Assembly: GCA_023261815.1 (NCBI GenBank)
Contig: JALNKA010000002.1
Coordinates: 76,438 to 140,437, forward strand
Source: Candidatus Wolframiiraptor sinensis
Lineage (GTDB): Archaea > Thermoproteota > Nitrososphaeria_A > Caldarchaeales > Wolframiiraptoraceae
Reading direction: 5' to 3'
Length of the DNA stretch: 64,000 bases
Made by a program: the position numbers and the translations under genes. Numbering within the stretch: position 1 is the stretch's first letter; each line of letters opens with the position of its first letter. Of the stretch, positions 8,577 to 21,981 are shown piece by piece. The notes beneath the pieces were generated by a model, which was given only the letters and a program-made list of their open reading frames with translations, searched no databases and was not told where the DNA came from.

Positions 8577-9728
8577 ATGAGCTCCCGAAGATTTGACGTG
8601 ATAGTTGTTGGCGGGGGGCCTGCTGGCGTTGCGGCGGCGAAGGCTTCAGCTAAAACCGGCGCAAAGACGCTTCTACTGGAGAGGAATCCGGCGATAATGG
8701 CCGTGAAGCCATGCGGTCAAGCCGTCAGCGCGCACACTTTCGAGACCGCCGGGGTTAAGCCGACGTCATCCATGATATTGAATCGCGTGAGCGCAAGGGT
8801 GTATGCGCCGAATGGCAGGAGCGTTAAGATCCCCGAGACCGGATACCTGATAAACAAGACCCTGCTTCTCCAAGAGATCGCGGCCCAGGCAGCGGAATAT
8901 GGAGCCGAGATTCACGTAAATGAGCCATTTATCAGCTTTGCTAGAAGAGGGGATATTTTGATCGTGAAGACGCCCAAAGCCGAATACGAGTGCTCGGCAT
9001 TGATAGGCGCGGATGGATACAATTCTAGGGTCGCGAGAACCCTCGGCGTCAATGAGAGATCAGAGCCGATTCCGACGCTCCAGTACCTCATGGCCGGATC
9101 GAGACTCGAGAGCATTGACGAGATCAGGATCTATGTCGGGAATGAAATAGCTCCTCGAGGATATGCCTGGCTTTTCCCCTTCAGCGATAGAATAGCTGAG
9201 ATTGGCCTCGGGGTTAGAGGCGCGCCCCTCAAGCCATACATGGATAGAGTTCTCAGGATGCTAAAAAGCGAGCTCGGGTCAGCCCAGGTGATAGATAATC
9301 GCGGCGCGCCCGTTCCCGTCGGCGGCGTGATAAGCAAATACATCTTCGATCACGTGATCTTAATCGGCGATGCCGCGGGAATGGTCATACCGATGACCGG
9401 CGGGGGAATACACTCCTCGATAGCCGCGGGGATTGCCGCCGGAGAAGTGGTGGGGGAAGCCTCTCAGGAAGGAGAGGCATCGGAGAAGAGGCTCAGGAGT
9501 TTTGACGAGAAGTATAGGCCGTGGCTTGAGAGGATAAGAAGGAGCCTCCGAGTGCTGAGAGTCATCGAGGGATTAAGCGACGAGGATCTAAACGAGCTCG
9601 CAGAGATACTCGATGACGAGGATATAGTGGATCTCGCGAACGGCCTTAACGTGGGGAGGGTTGCGAGGAAGCTCCTAAGCCACCCGAGGCTCGCCGTGAA
9701 GCTGGCGAGGCAGCTTCTCAGCATCTAG
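8577..9728 (+). CDS. Geranylgeranyl reductase family FAD-dependent oxidoreductase (digeranylgeranylglycerophospholipid reductase-like)
   Basis: DVIVVGGGPAG dinucleotide-binding motif, a KPCGQAV GGR-type motif and GDAAG. Confidence 0.85.
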   Translation: MSSRRFDVIVVGGGPAGVAAAKASAKTGAKTLLLERNPAIMAVKPCGQAVSAHTFETAGVKPTSSMILNRVSARVYAPNGRSVKIPETGYLINKTLLLQEIAAQAAEYGAEIHVNEPFISFARRGDILIVKTPKAEYECSALIGADGYNSRVARTLGVNERSEPIPTLQYLMAGSRLESIDEIRIYVGNEIAPRGYAWLFPFSDRIAEIGLGVRGAPLKPYMDRVLRMLKSELGSAQVIDNRGAPVPVGGVISKYIFDHVILIGDAAGMVIPMTGGGIHSSIAAGIAAGEVVGEASQEGEASEKRLRSFDEKYRPWLERIRRSLRVLRVIEGLSDEDLNELAEILDDEDIVDLANGLNVGRVARKLLSHPRLAVKLARQLLSI

Positions 9729-10825
9729 CGGCGCACCCCGAATATGGATGATGCTTGAAAATCCATGTCGCCCATCCTCGAGAAGTAGAAGCACCCGATT
9801 CTCGATGTCGCGAGAATTACTAGAAGATCGAGGAGAGGAGAGCTTATTTTCCCGATCAGCCTCCGGAGGAGCGCTATTCTCTTAAGCTCTCCGATGATCC
9901 AGGCGGCCTCGGCGAGGGACTTCTCCGGCGATTCGCCTCTGAGGCTCATCGCGATGGCAGATGCGATCTTCGCCGCGATTAGCCCGCCCATTACAACCCC
10001 GCCGCCCGTCGTCGCCTTCACGTGGCCCGCGGCATCACCGACCGGAATAAACCTCGTCGGAAACAGCCTCGTGCTATCAATGGGATAGCCCGTGTAAATT
10101 ACGTGAGAAGATGAATTGAGGCGGCGCGCGCTCGGAAACTCTTCTCTCAGAAATCTATCCAGTAGCTTTCTCAATCCGGGAATCCTGGACGCGATGCCGA
10201 GCTTGCCCAGATGATCATTGATGGGTATTAGGTAGGCGAAGAAGTCCGGGAGATAATCCTTCAGGTATATGTACGCGAATCTCGGGTCGAGCCCGTGATC
10301 TTCCACGATGAGCTGGATTATCGGGATCCATCTCCTCGACTCGGCTCCGGCTCCCAGAAATCTTCTCATTAAGGCCGCTCCAGCTCCCTCGGCATCCACC
10401 ACCCAACATGCTCGATAAACTCCCTCGCTTGTGATTATTCGAAAGCATTCTCCATCTCTCTCGACATTCCTTACTCTGGCCCCGCGGATTATCTCGGCTC
10501 CAGCTCTCTCAGCCTGCCTCGCGATCTCCGCGTCAAAAAGCCTCCTGCTAACGACCGCCGCCATGGGCCTGCCGGCATCAAGAACTCTCCAGAAACCCGT
10601 GGAGCTCTTTATCGCCGCCCCTCTCACGACATTCTGCAGATATACTCCATTAGCCGGGAGCATCAGCCTCTCGAGTCCTGAGAGGCTTATGAGGCCCGCG
10701 CATCTCTCCGGCTCACCTATTTCCACGTGCTCCTCGAACACCATCACCTCGGCGCCCGCCCTCGCCGCCTCCCGAGCAGCTATCAAGCCCGCTGGCCCTC
10801 CCCCGACCACGGCCATCTCAATCAT
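9725..10825 (-). CDS. Geranylgeranyl reductase family FAD-dependent oxidoreductase, second paralog
   Basis: MAVVGGGPAG, RCAGLIS and GDAAG motifs. Convergent with the first GGR and overlaps it by 4 nt. Confidence 0.85.
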   Translation of the reverse strand: MIEMAVVGGGPAGLIAAREAARAGAEVMVFEEHVEIGEPERCAGLISLSGLERLMLPANGVYLQNVVRGAAIKSSTGFWRVLDAGRPMAAVVSRRLFDAEIARQAERAGAEIIRGARVRNVERDGECFRIITSEGVYRACWVVDAEGAGAALMRRFLGAGAESRRWIPIIQLIVEDHGLDPRFAYIYLKDYLPDFFAYLIPINDHLGKLGIASRIPGLRKLLDRFLREEFPSARRLNSSSHVIYTGYPIDSTRLFPTRFIPVGDAAGHVKATTGGGVVMGGLIAAKIASAIAMSLRGESPEKSLAEAAWIIGELKRIALLRRLIGKISSPLLDLLVILATSRIGCFYFSRMGDMDFQASSIFGVRR

Positions 10826-11156
10826 TTTTCAGAACCTCTCGTCGGGATACCATTTTATGGGCCTTACTCATGTCTGTTGTGATTATTGAGTCATCCCTCT
10901 GTCTCTACCTCGCATGGATACTCTATCCTCTATCCTAAGATCCTTTCCTGGCTCGACTATTATCCCCTGGAAGTATTTTAGGTAGGGAGATATAATCCAG
11001 TAGAACTCCAATATTTCTAACCCCTCATAATACTCGCCACTCTAACATCACCAATCCCGCATCCATAACATAAAAACGTTCATTTACCCCCCATGTTCAC
11101 TTTCATCATACTCCCAAACTCTTAAGCCTCTGTGAGAATATTTTTCCTGCGATGCG

Positions 11157-11447
11157 GTGATGATTAGAATGATTTTCATCAACATGACGTGGAACTCCAA
11201 ACCGCGTACATGCTACGATCCAGATGGAGTTAGGCTCTTTGAGGTAAATGATCTCAGGAGGCTCATAAAGGAATATGACGAAGTTTACCTTGGTGGTTCG
11301 CTCTTTCCGAATGCGATACCTCAGCTGAGGGCGCTGATAGACAATGGCGCAAACTCATCTTACTTTAACAGGTCGTGGACGTGGAAAAGATGGTGTAATA
11401 AGTATGCTGATGCACTAAGGAGCGTATTAAAAAAAGAGATTGCTTAG
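11157..11447 (+). CDS. Hypothetical protein (orphan small ORF inside an AT-rich island)
   Basis: 96-aa ORF with no recognisable motifs. Local GC is clearly below the window average. Confidence 0.3.
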   Translation: MMIRMIFINMTWNSKPRTCYDPDGVRLFEVNDLRRLIKEYDEVYLGGSLFPNAIPQLRALIDNGANSSYFNRSWTWKRWCNKYADALRSVLKKEIA

Positions 11448-11819
11448 AAATTCTGAAGGCTTGCAATCAATTTGCGATGCAGTCAATGCTGATGGAGGAG
11501 GTAGGATAAAGGCCCTGATGAGACCTGTAGTCGATATTTTAGGGCTCCCCTCGTAGGAGTGATGGATACCATAGTGCAGGCGAAGGGCCGTCCAAAATGC
11601 TTCCTCCATCCCATCATTCTCCTTTCCTTTAACCTGTTACTCATTCCAGTTAGAACCGTCTAGGGACGATTCATTCAAAGCTACTCCTTGGGCTCATAAG
11701 GGGGAGAATATATAGGCACAGGTATAGGTATATTATGTAGACAAATGATTTAGGGTGAGATCGTAGGCAAGAAAAAGGAAAATATCGCGTTGATCCAGAG
11801 TTTAACGCTATCCTGAGAG

Positions 11820-12113
11820 GTGGGCGTGGAGGCTTTGAAGCTGGCTCGCGCGCACGTGATAATAACCGGGAAGGTTCAAGGGGTTTTTTACCGGGTTAGC
11901 GCGAAAAAAACCGCGGATAAGTTCGGCGTGAAGGGCTGGATAAGGAACCTGCCGGATGGCAGGGTCGAGGCGGTTTTTGAGGGCGAAGAAGACGCCGTGA
12001 AGCGCATGATATCATGGTGCTGGGTCGGGCCCCCGGGAGCAAAAGTGATAAGCATAGACGTCGAGTGGGAGGAGTATCTCGGCGAATACAAGGACTTCCG
12101 CATACTCTACTAG
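11820..12113 (+). CDS. acyP: Acylphosphatase
   Basis: Classic VQGVFYR and GWIRN..DGRVE motifs; 97 aa; GTG start. Confidence 0.9.
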   Translation: MGVEALKLARAHVIITGKVQGVFYRVSAKKTADKFGVKGWIRNLPDGRVEAVFEGEEDAVKRMISWCWVGPPGAKVISIDVEWEEYLGEYKDFRILY

Positions 12114-12185
12114 AGAGCTGGAGCGGATTCGAGCACCTCCGGTGCTCAAGCTTAATATATCGGGCTCAATTTCAGCCTCCTGAGA

Positions 12186-12914
12186 ATGCTAGCGAGAAAG
12201 CAGTCGTTAAAGGCCGCGGAGATTGCTCTCTCAACAGCCCTAGTCCTAGCGGCCACAATCATGGTGAATGTCTACGTTCCCGCGACCAGGGGGTACTTCA
12301 ACCTCGGCGAAACCATGATCTACCTTGTCGCGCTCCTCTTTAACCCGTTCACCGCGGCGTTCGCGGGAGGAGTGGGCTCCGCCTTAGCGGACATAATACT
12401 GGGTTACACGATCTACGCGCCGGCAACTCTCGTTATTAAGGCGGTGGAGGGGGCAGTGGCATCAGCGCTGTTTCGCAGGCTGAGGGTTGGAGGGAGGGTT
12501 GGAGGGCGAGCTCTCCTGGCCCTCTCCACGGGCACAGTCCTCGCGTACTCACTCCTGATCCTGATAATCGGTTACACGATCTTCGTCGGTGAGGTGGAGT
12601 TGACGCTCTCCGAGTTCCTGAGGCTCAGGGGCTTCATAGACCCCGTCATATGGACTTTCATCGCATCGGCCTTAATCGCGACGCCGATCTACGTGCTCGT
12701 CAGGAAGAGGGGCGAGATAGGGCTCATCCTGCTATCACTGCTCTTCGCGGGATCGATAATGATTCTGGGATACTATCTCTACGAGCAGCTTATTCTGGGA
12801 TACTATGCCTTGGCTGAGGTTCCAGTAAACCTAGGGCAGGTAATATTGGGCATCGCCGTCGCAATACCAACGTATATGCTGGTGAGAAGGCACATCCAAC
12901 GATCCGCGGAATAG
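12186..12914 (+). CDS. Polytopic membrane protein, ECF-transporter S-component-like (uncharacterised)
   Basis: About 6 predicted TM helices and Gly/Ala-rich helices. No diagnostic motif recognised. Confidence 0.4.
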   Translation: MLARKQSLKAAEIALSTALVLAATIMVNVYVPATRGYFNLGETMIYLVALLFNPFTAAFAGGVGSALADIILGYTIYAPATLVIKAVEGAVASALFRRLRVGGRVGGRALLALSTGTVLAYSLLILIIGYTIFVGEVELTLSEFLRLRGFIDPVIWTFIASALIATPIYVLVRKRGEIGLILLSLLFAGSIMILGYYLYEQLILGYYALAEVPVNLGQVILGIAVAIPTYMLVRRHIQRSAE

Positions 12915-12955
12915 TTATAAGATCCGCGACCCCATCCTTCTTCGGAGTGGTCTAG

Positions 12956-15903
<2,948 letters not shown>

Positions 15904-16008
15904 AGATAAAAGTGGTGATCAATGATTAGACAAAATTTTTCCGCCGAGCCCGGGGGAGGATAATACTTAAAGCTAGCGCCACAGAAAATAGTCTTCCGGT
16001 GTCCATTT

Positions 16009-17463
16009 ATGCCGCAGGTTCCACTGGAGCGTGTGGATGAGGTTGTCTGGAGGATTCCGAAGCATAGGCCGGATATGCGCGTCCCAGTTCTAGTTTTCGC
16101 CTCAGAGGATCTGCTGGAGAAGATGATGCAGGATAGGACGCTCATCCAGGCGGCTAACGTGGCCACGTTGCCCGGGATACTGAAGCACGCGGTGGTTCTG
16201 CCGGATGCCCACGAGGGCTACGGCTTCCCCATAGGAGGAGTTGGAGCAACAGACTACGAGGATGGAGTCATCTCCCCGGGGGGAGTCGGCTATGACATAA
16301 ACTGCGGGGTCAGGCTGATGGTCACCAACTTGGATGAGAAGGATGTTAGGCCGAGAATCCAGGAGCTGGTAAACACGATATTCAGGAATGTCCCCTCAGG
16401 ACTCGGATCTAGGAGAAGAGACTTCCAGGTTACTAGAAGCGAGCTCGATAGAATAGCGGTTGAGGGCGCGAGATATGTCATCGAGAAGTTCGGGCTGGGA
16501 TGGCCCGAGGACCTAAAGCACATCGAGGAGGAGGGTTGCTTGGAGGGAGCTGACCCGAGCTACGTGAGCGCGGCGGCGAGGGAGCGAGGCCTGCCCCAGA
16601 TAGGCACGCTGGGAAGCGGCAACCACTTCCTAGAAATCCAAGTAGTCGATAAGATATTCGATGAGAGAGCTGCCAAGCAGATGGGCATAACCCATAAGGG
16701 GCAGGTGACAGTCCTCGTCCACACGGGGAGCAGGGGCTATGGCCACCAGATCTGCAGCGACTATCTCAGGGTCATGGAGAGGGCCGCGCACAAGTATGGG
16801 ATAAGGCTCCCGGATAGGGAGCTCGCATGCGCGCCGGCTAATAGCAAGGAGGCCGAGAGCTATCTGAAGGCATTCGCCTGCGCCGTTAACTTCGCCTTTG
16901 CGAATAGGCAGGCGATAAGCCACTGGATTAGGCAGAGCTTCGCGGAGGTGTTCAGGCAGCCGGCCGAGGCCATGGGACTCCAGCTCATCTACGATGTTGC
17001 TCATAACATCGTCAAGCTCGAGGAGCACGTGATCGACGGCGCGAGGAGGAAGGTCTGGGTTCACAGGAAGGGCGCAACGAGAAGCTTTCCAGCCGGCCAC
17101 CCGCTCGTCCCAGAGGACTACAAGGATATCGGGCAGCCCGTTCTTCTTCCCGGATCGATGGGCACAGCCAGCTGGGTTCTTCTCGGAAGCCCGAAGGCCA
17201 TGGAGATGACCTTCGGCAGCACGGCTCATGGCGCTGGCAGGACCGCGAGCAGGGCTGAGGCGAAGAGAAGGCTCACCGCAAGCCAGGTCATAGACGCCCT
17301 CAGCAGGAAGGGGATATACATCAAGAGCGATAGCATGGAGACCGTAGTCGAGGAGGCCGACCAAGCATACAAGAACGTTGACATAGTCGCTGAGGTGAGC
17401 CATCGAGCCGGCATAGGAACCAAGGTCGCAAGACTGATACCGATGGGCGTCGTGAAGGGCTAG
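16009..17463 (+). CDS. rtcB: RNA-splicing ligase RtcB (tRNA ligase)
   Basis: GGVGYDINCGVRL, NHFLE, HTGSRG.GH and HNxxxE motifs; 484 aa, no intein. Confidence 0.95.
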   Translation: MPQVPLERVDEVVWRIPKHRPDMRVPVLVFASEDLLEKMMQDRTLIQAANVATLPGILKHAVVLPDAHEGYGFPIGGVGATDYEDGVISPGGVGYDINCGVRLMVTNLDEKDVRPRIQELVNTIFRNVPSGLGSRRRDFQVTRSELDRIAVEGARYVIEKFGLGWPEDLKHIEEEGCLEGADPSYVSAAARERGLPQIGTLGSGNHFLEIQVVDKIFDERAAKQMGITHKGQVTVLVHTGSRGYGHQICSDYLRVMERAAHKYGIRLPDRELACAPANSKEAESYLKAFACAVNFAFANRQAISHWIRQSFAEVFRQPAEAMGLQLIYDVAHNIVKLEEHVIDGARRKVWVHRKGATRSFPAGHPLVPEDYKDIGQPVLLPGSMGTASWVLLGSPKAMEMTFGSTAHGAGRTASRAEAKRRLTASQVIDALSRKGIYIKSDSMETVVEEADQAYKNVDIVAEVSHRAGIGTKVARLIPMGVVKG

Positions 17464-17466
17464 AGC

Positions 17467-17703
17467 ATGCTCGGCAAGGAGATCCTCAGCCCCCTCATGC
17501 TCCTCGGAATAATGCTGATGATGGTTGGAGCGATTTTGCTAATCCTCCCGCTGATCGCGAGAATGGGGATAAGGCTCGAGGAAGTCCACCCGCTAATACT
17601 CCTCGGAAAGAGATTTGATGGAGTTTATATCGGGACGTCTCCGCTGCTGATAATAATCATGGCCGCGCTATACATCGCGTTCCTTCTTCTGAGGCGGGGC
17701 TAA
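17467..17703 (+). CDS. Small membrane protein (2 TM), hypothetical
   Basis: 78-aa hydrophobic ORF immediately after rtcB. Confidence 0.35.
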   Translation: MLGKEILSPLMLLGIMLMMVGAILLILPLIARMGIRLEEVHPLILLGKRFDGVYIGTSPLLIIIMAALYIAFLLLRRG

Positions 17704-18341
17704 ACAAGCCTCCTAACCCTCATGAGATAGTTCAGGACCTGGTCATCGCTCAGCTGGGAGAAATCGTAGTAGAACTGGCCTATCGCGAAGAATGGGGTCG
17801 GGGTCTCGAGACACCTCACATCATCCACCTCTCTCGAGAGCTTTGGAAGAGTCTCCGGGGGAGCTACGGGCACGGCGATGACGAGCCTTCTTGGCTCAAG
17901 CTTCCTGAGAAATCTCGCGGTTGCTATAATCGTGGCGCCAGTTGCCACACCATCATCAACGAGGATCACGATGTAATCCTTGAGCGCTGGCAAAGGCTTG
18001 CCGCCTCGATATAGCTCGATTCTCCGCCTCACCTCCCTGAGCTCCCTCTCTCCCTCGCTTCTTATCCAGTCAAGGCTGACTCCCACGAGCCTGGCGACCT
18101 CCTCATCCACGTATATCGTCCCGTCCTCCGCGACCGCTCCGACCGCGAGCTCGGGATCCATCGGCGCCCCAATCTTCCTCGGCACGGTGACCTCCAGCGG
18201 AGAATCTAGCCTCATTGCTAGGACGTATCCGACCTCAACCCCTCCCCTCGGAATAGCTATTATGGCTAGTCTCTCGCCACGATAATTGGATAGAAGCTCG
18301 GCCAGCTTCTCGCCCGCATCAAGCCTATCCCTGAAGATCAT
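17700..18341 (-). CDS. Predicted phosphoribosyltransferase (COG1926-like, type I PRTase fold)
   Basis: PRPP-binding motif VILVDDGVATGAT. Confidence 0.8.
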   Translation of the reverse strand: MIFRDRLDAGEKLAELLSNYRGERLAIIAIPRGGVEVGYVLAMRLDSPLEVTVPRKIGAPMDPELAVGAVAEDGTIYVDEEVARLVGVSLDWIRSEGERELREVRRRIELYRGGKPLPALKDYIVILVDDGVATGATIIATARFLRKLEPRRLVIAVPVAPPETLPKLSREVDDVRCLETPTPFFAIGQFYYDFSQLSDDQVLNYLMRVRRLV

Positions 18342-18425
18342 CTCCGAGATCGAGATGCGTGGGATAGCTTATCAAGTTTCTCCGCGCCCTCGGCAATACT
18401 TATTAACCGCGGGCTGCCCGCCTCC

Positions 18426-18641
18426 ATGGAAATGTCCTCTCAGCAGGAGTCCGCTGCTAGCATCATCTACCAGTGCGTCTGGTGCGGGAAGAAGTTCGAG
18501 AAGAGAATGCTCTCGAAGATAGCCGAGACTAGGTGCCCATATTGCGGGTTCAACGTGATAATGAAGGCGAGGTCGCCGACGGCGAAGCTGATAGTATCCT
18601 CGAAGCTGACGGAGGAGCAGAGGCTCCTGACCGAAGACTAG
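18426..18641 (+). CDS. rpoP: DNA-directed RNA polymerase subunit P (Rpb12/RPC10 homolog)
   Basis: [10 protein letters not shown]...[16 protein letters not shown] matches the archaeal RpoP Zn-ribbon (CxxCG...RCPYCG..I..K.R). The ORF is longer than the typical 45-50 aa at both ends, so the start is uncertain. Confidence 0.75.
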   Translation: MEMSSQQESAASIIYQCVWCGKKFEKRMLSKIAETRCPYCGFNVIMKARSPTAKLIVSSKLTEEQRLLTED

Positions 18642-19024
18642 CCCTTAATCCCCCTCATCTCATTAATCTTCTTAACGACCTCATCCATGAAGTCCTTGGC
18701 ATCTCCTGGCTCTATTATCGAGACGGAGCTGGCGCTAACTTGAAGGCCCGCGGCCTCCCCCAGCTCCCTCTTAGAAGCGACGAAAGTATAGGGTATCTTG
18801 CGCTCATCGCATAATGTCGGCAGGAATGCGACTATCTCCGGGGGATCCACGTCCATGGCTATCACGACGAACTTCGCCTGACCTCGCTCGATCGACTTGA
18901 TGACCTCATTCACGCCCTTCCTGATCTTGCCCGTCTCCCTGGCGAGCCTCACTACCTCGAGAGTCGCCTTCATCAGCTCCTCAGGAACCTCGAACGTTAC
19001 ATAACTGGGCTTCGGATTAGGCAT
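18638..19024 (-). CDS. rpl7ae: 50S ribosomal protein L7Ae (also a box C/D and H/ACA sRNP component)
   Basis: [42 protein letters not shown] signature. Confidence 0.95.
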   Translation of the reverse strand: MPNPKPSYVTFEVPEELMKATLEVVRLARETGKIRKGVNEVIKSIERGQAKFVVIAMDVDPPEIVAFLPTLCDERKIPYTFVASKRELGEAAGLQVSASSVSIIEPGDAKDFMDEVVKKINEMRGIKG

Positions 19025-19111
19025 ACGCCCTCATCTCCCCAGCACTTCATGAGAGCCCAAGCTAAAAACTTTCCCCCAGGCCCTCGATGATCGGAGAACG
19101 TTATAAGATGG

Positions 19112-20851
19112 ATGCTTCAAGTCGCTGTGAAGATGAGCCTGGATGAGATGGCCCTGAAGTGGGCGCTGAAGAACGCCGTCGAGCATGATGGAAAGGCGAT
19201 GGTCGGTCCCGTCATCGCGAAGATGCTCGGCGAGAGGCCGGAGCTCAAGACAAACATCGGGAGCGTTAGAAGAGCCGCTGAAGCAGCCGTCGAGAAGGTT
19301 AACTCGATGAGTCTCGAGGAGCAGCGAGCACTGCTCGCGCGGATAGCGCCGGAGCTCCTTGAAGCTAAGCGCGTTGAGAAGAAGAGGCTTCCGCCCTTAC
19401 CTGGAGCTGAGCCGGGCAAGGTCATCACTAGGCTGCCTCCGGAGCCGAGCGGATACATGCATATAGGCCACGCGATGAGCGGCCTCCTAAACTATCTCTA
19501 TGCGAGGATGTATGGTGGCGTGATCTGGCTGAGATTCGAGGACACGGATCCCCGGAAGGTCAAGCCGGAATACTATGAGAGCTTCAGGAAGGGGTATAAG
19601 TGGCTTGGGATAGAGTGGGATCACGAGAAGAATAACAGCGACGACATGGAGTTATTCTACAGGTACGCGGAGCAGCTCATCAAGTCCGGTAAAGCATACG
19701 TATGCACGTGCCCCGCTGAGAAGATCAGGAGGCTTAGGGCGCTAGGCGAGGAGTGCGAGCACAGATCCCATGGAGCTGATGAGAACCTGCATCTGTGGAA
19801 TGAGATGCTCGCTGGAGGATTCGGCGAGGGCGAGGCGATACTGAGGCTGGTCGGGGACATGAAGCACGCGAATACCACGATGAGAGATCCGGCTTTATTC
19901 AGGATAATAGAGCATGAGCATCCACTCACCGGAGACCGGTATAGGGTCTGGCCCCTCTACGACTTCGCGGTCTCGATCGAGGACTACCTTTGCGGGGTTA
20001 CGCACGTCCTTAGGACAAGCGAATTCGCCCTGAGAGACGAGCTCCAGAACTACATCAGGAGCCTGCTCGGCATAAGCCGCCACCCGATATACATCGAGTA
20101 CTCGAGGTTCGAGTTCCAGGGCACGCCGGTCTCGAAGAGGAGGCTTAGAGCGGTACTCGAGGCCGGCCTCGCGAGAAGCTGGGATGACCCGCGGTTTCCA
20201 ACCATCGAGGGGATCAGGAGAAGGGGGATACTCCCGGAGGCGATAAGGGAGTTCACGATAACGCAGACGGGCTTCTCTTACGCGAAGCGGGAGTACGACT
20301 GGTCGCTCCTCTTCGCGATAAATAGGAGGATCTTGGACCCTGTTGCGAGAAGGCTCTTCTTCGCGCCTAACCCCGTTAAGCTCCTCATTGATGGAGCGCC
20401 CGAGATATCCGTGGAGGCGCCATATCATCCATCGAATATGGATCTCGGATCGAGGAACCTCAGGGCCGGCGGCGAGCTCTACATATCGGGAATCGATGCT
20501 GAGAGGATGAGACCCGGCGACGTTTACAGGCTGAAATACCTCATGAACTTCAAAGTCCTAGAAGTTAGCGGGAATATTATCCGAGCGGAGTTCATGGGCA
20601 GGGAGCCGATAAGGGATGTGCAGATAATCCAGTGGGTTCCCGCGGGCGAGTGCGTCGAGGTCGAGGTCCTAGTCCCCGGCGTGCTATACGTCAATGACGA
20701 GATAAATCAGGAAAGCTTGAGGATCGTGAGGGGCCTCGGAGAAAGGGCCGTCGAGACGGTGAGGCTCGATGAGATAGTTCAGTTCGAGAGATTCGGCTTC
20801 TGCAGAAGGGACTCGGCGAGCGAGCTGAGATTCATCTTCGCCCACGACTAG
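19112..20851 (+). CDS. gltX: Glutamyl-tRNA synthetase (archaeal/eukaryotic type, class I)
   Basis: HIGH-type motif PEPSGYMHIGHA and the GluRS/GlnRS catalytic core. An alternative ATG lies at 19133. Confidence 0.9.
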   Translation: MLQVAVKMSLDEMALKWALKNAVEHDGKAMVGPVIAKMLGERPELKTNIGSVRRAAEAAVEKVNSMSLEEQRALLARIAPELLEAKRVEKKRLPPLPGAEPGKVITRLPPEPSGYMHIGHAMSGLLNYLYARMYGGVIWLRFEDTDPRKVKPEYYESFRKGYKWLGIEWDHEKNNSDDMELFYRYAEQLIKSGKAYVCTCPAEKIRRLRALGEECEHRSHGADENLHLWNEMLAGGFGEGEAILRLVGDMKHANTTMRDPALFRIIEHEHPLTGDRYRVWPLYDFAVSIEDYLCGVTHVLRTSEFALRDELQNYIRSLLGISRHPIYIEYSRFEFQGTPVSKRRLRAVLEAGLARSWDDPRFPTIEGIRRRGILPEAIREFTITQTGFSYAKREYDWSLLFAINRRILDPVARRLFFAPNPVKLLIDGAPEISVEAPYHPSNMDLGSRNLRAGGELYISGIDAERMRPGDVYRLKYLMNFKVLEVSGNIIRAEFMGREPIRDVQIIQWVPAGECVEVEVLVPGVLYVNDEINQESLRIVRGLGERAVETVRLDEIVQFERFGFCRRDSASELRFIFAHD

Positions 20852-21929
20852 CCTTTCGAGCTCTTTGCGAAGCCCACTCGCTGAGAGGCCCCAAGAGAAC
20901 ATACCTGCATCTCTTAAGATCCGATATTGTTTTCGAGCCTGTTAGAAGCATCGCGACCCTTAGCTCCTCCGCCACGCGCGCGATCATCTTCTCAACATGC
21001 TCGGGCCCGGCTAGAGCTGGCTTGAGGAGCGGGCGGGCCATGCCGACGAAGTCAGCTCCAATGGCCATGGCCTTAGCGGCTTGAAGACCATTCCTTATTC
21101 CTCCCGACGCTATTAAATCCAGCCCCCTGACCCTGGAGACCTCGAGTATGGAGGCGGCGGTCGGTATGCCCCATTCTGAGTATAGCTCCGCAATTAGGGC
21201 TTTGGCTGCGTTTAAGCCCTTAACCCTCTCGGCTTCTATCTTGGCCCAGTTGGTCCCGCCCGCGCCGGCGACATCCACGGCCTTAACACCGGCCTTGGCG
21301 AGCCTCTCAGCGACCTCGCGCGAGACGCCGAACCCAACCTCCTTCACGATCACCGGAACATCCAGCTTCTCGCACAGCAACTCGATCGCGCGGAGTATCC
21401 CTTTGAAGCTCCTAGAGCCCTCGGGCTGAATAATTTCCTGGAGAACATTCAGGTGTATCGCGAGAGCATCGGCCTCGATCATCTCCACAGCCCTCTCCGC
21501 GTAGCCGACGCCGTGCTTCGCGAGCTCCACACCGCTAAGGTTTCCGATTAGAAAGCATCGGGGAGCAATCTTCCTCACGATATCATAAGTCTCCGCGAGC
21601 GCTGGGTTCTCGATTCCCGCGCGCTGGCTTCCAACGCCCATCGGTATATTGAGCTTCTCAGCGGCCTCGGCCAGGTTCCTGTTGATCTCGTAAGCCTCCC
21701 GAGCCCCGCCGGTCATACCCTCAATCAGGATGGGGTAGGAGAATTTCCTGCCGAGAAGTCTTGCCTCGAGAGAGATCTCATCCCAGCTTAGCTCTGGCAG
21801 AGCATTATGGATGAGCTCGACGTGCTCGAGCCAGGTCGTCTTCTCAGAGAAATCAGCCTCATCGCCTAAGTCCAGGCACAGGCTGATATGATCCCTCTTC
21901 CTCTCCTCAATCCCTCCCATGTGTCTCAA
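20832..21929 (-). CDS. fni: Isopentenyl-diphosphate delta-isomerase, type 2 (FMN-dependent)
   Basis: TIM-barrel IDI-2 pattern (RK.DHI..CL, GMTGG, ASGGIRNG). Confidence 0.9.
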   Translation of the reverse strand: MRHMGGIEERKRDHISLCLDLGDEADFSEKTTWLEHVELIHNALPELSWDEISLEARLLGRKFSYPILIEGMTGGAREAYEINRNLAEAAEKLNIPMGVGSQRAGIENPALAETYDIVRKIAPRCFLIGNLSGVELAKHGVGYAERAVEMIEADALAIHLNVLQEIIQPEGSRSFKGILRAIELLCEKLDVPVIVKEVGFGVSREVAERLAKAGVKAVDVAGAGGTNWAKIEAERVKGLNAAKALIAELYSEWGIPTAASILEVSRVRGLDLIASGGIRNGLQAAKAMAIGADFVGMARPLLKPALAGPEHVEKMIARVAEELRVAMLLTGSKTISDLKRCRYVLLGPLSEWASQRARKASRGRR

Positions 21930-21981
21930 GCCAGTAAACGAAATGATATATAGCTGATGCTGACGATATATTTGCCCGGCC

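Noticed and set aside
11157-11600. UGAUGA-like box C motifs (gtgatga at 11157, ctgatga at 11516) suggesting C/D box sRNAs
   Set aside because: No appropriately spaced CUGA D/D' boxes or terminal stem could be found. 11157 is also the start of an ORF.
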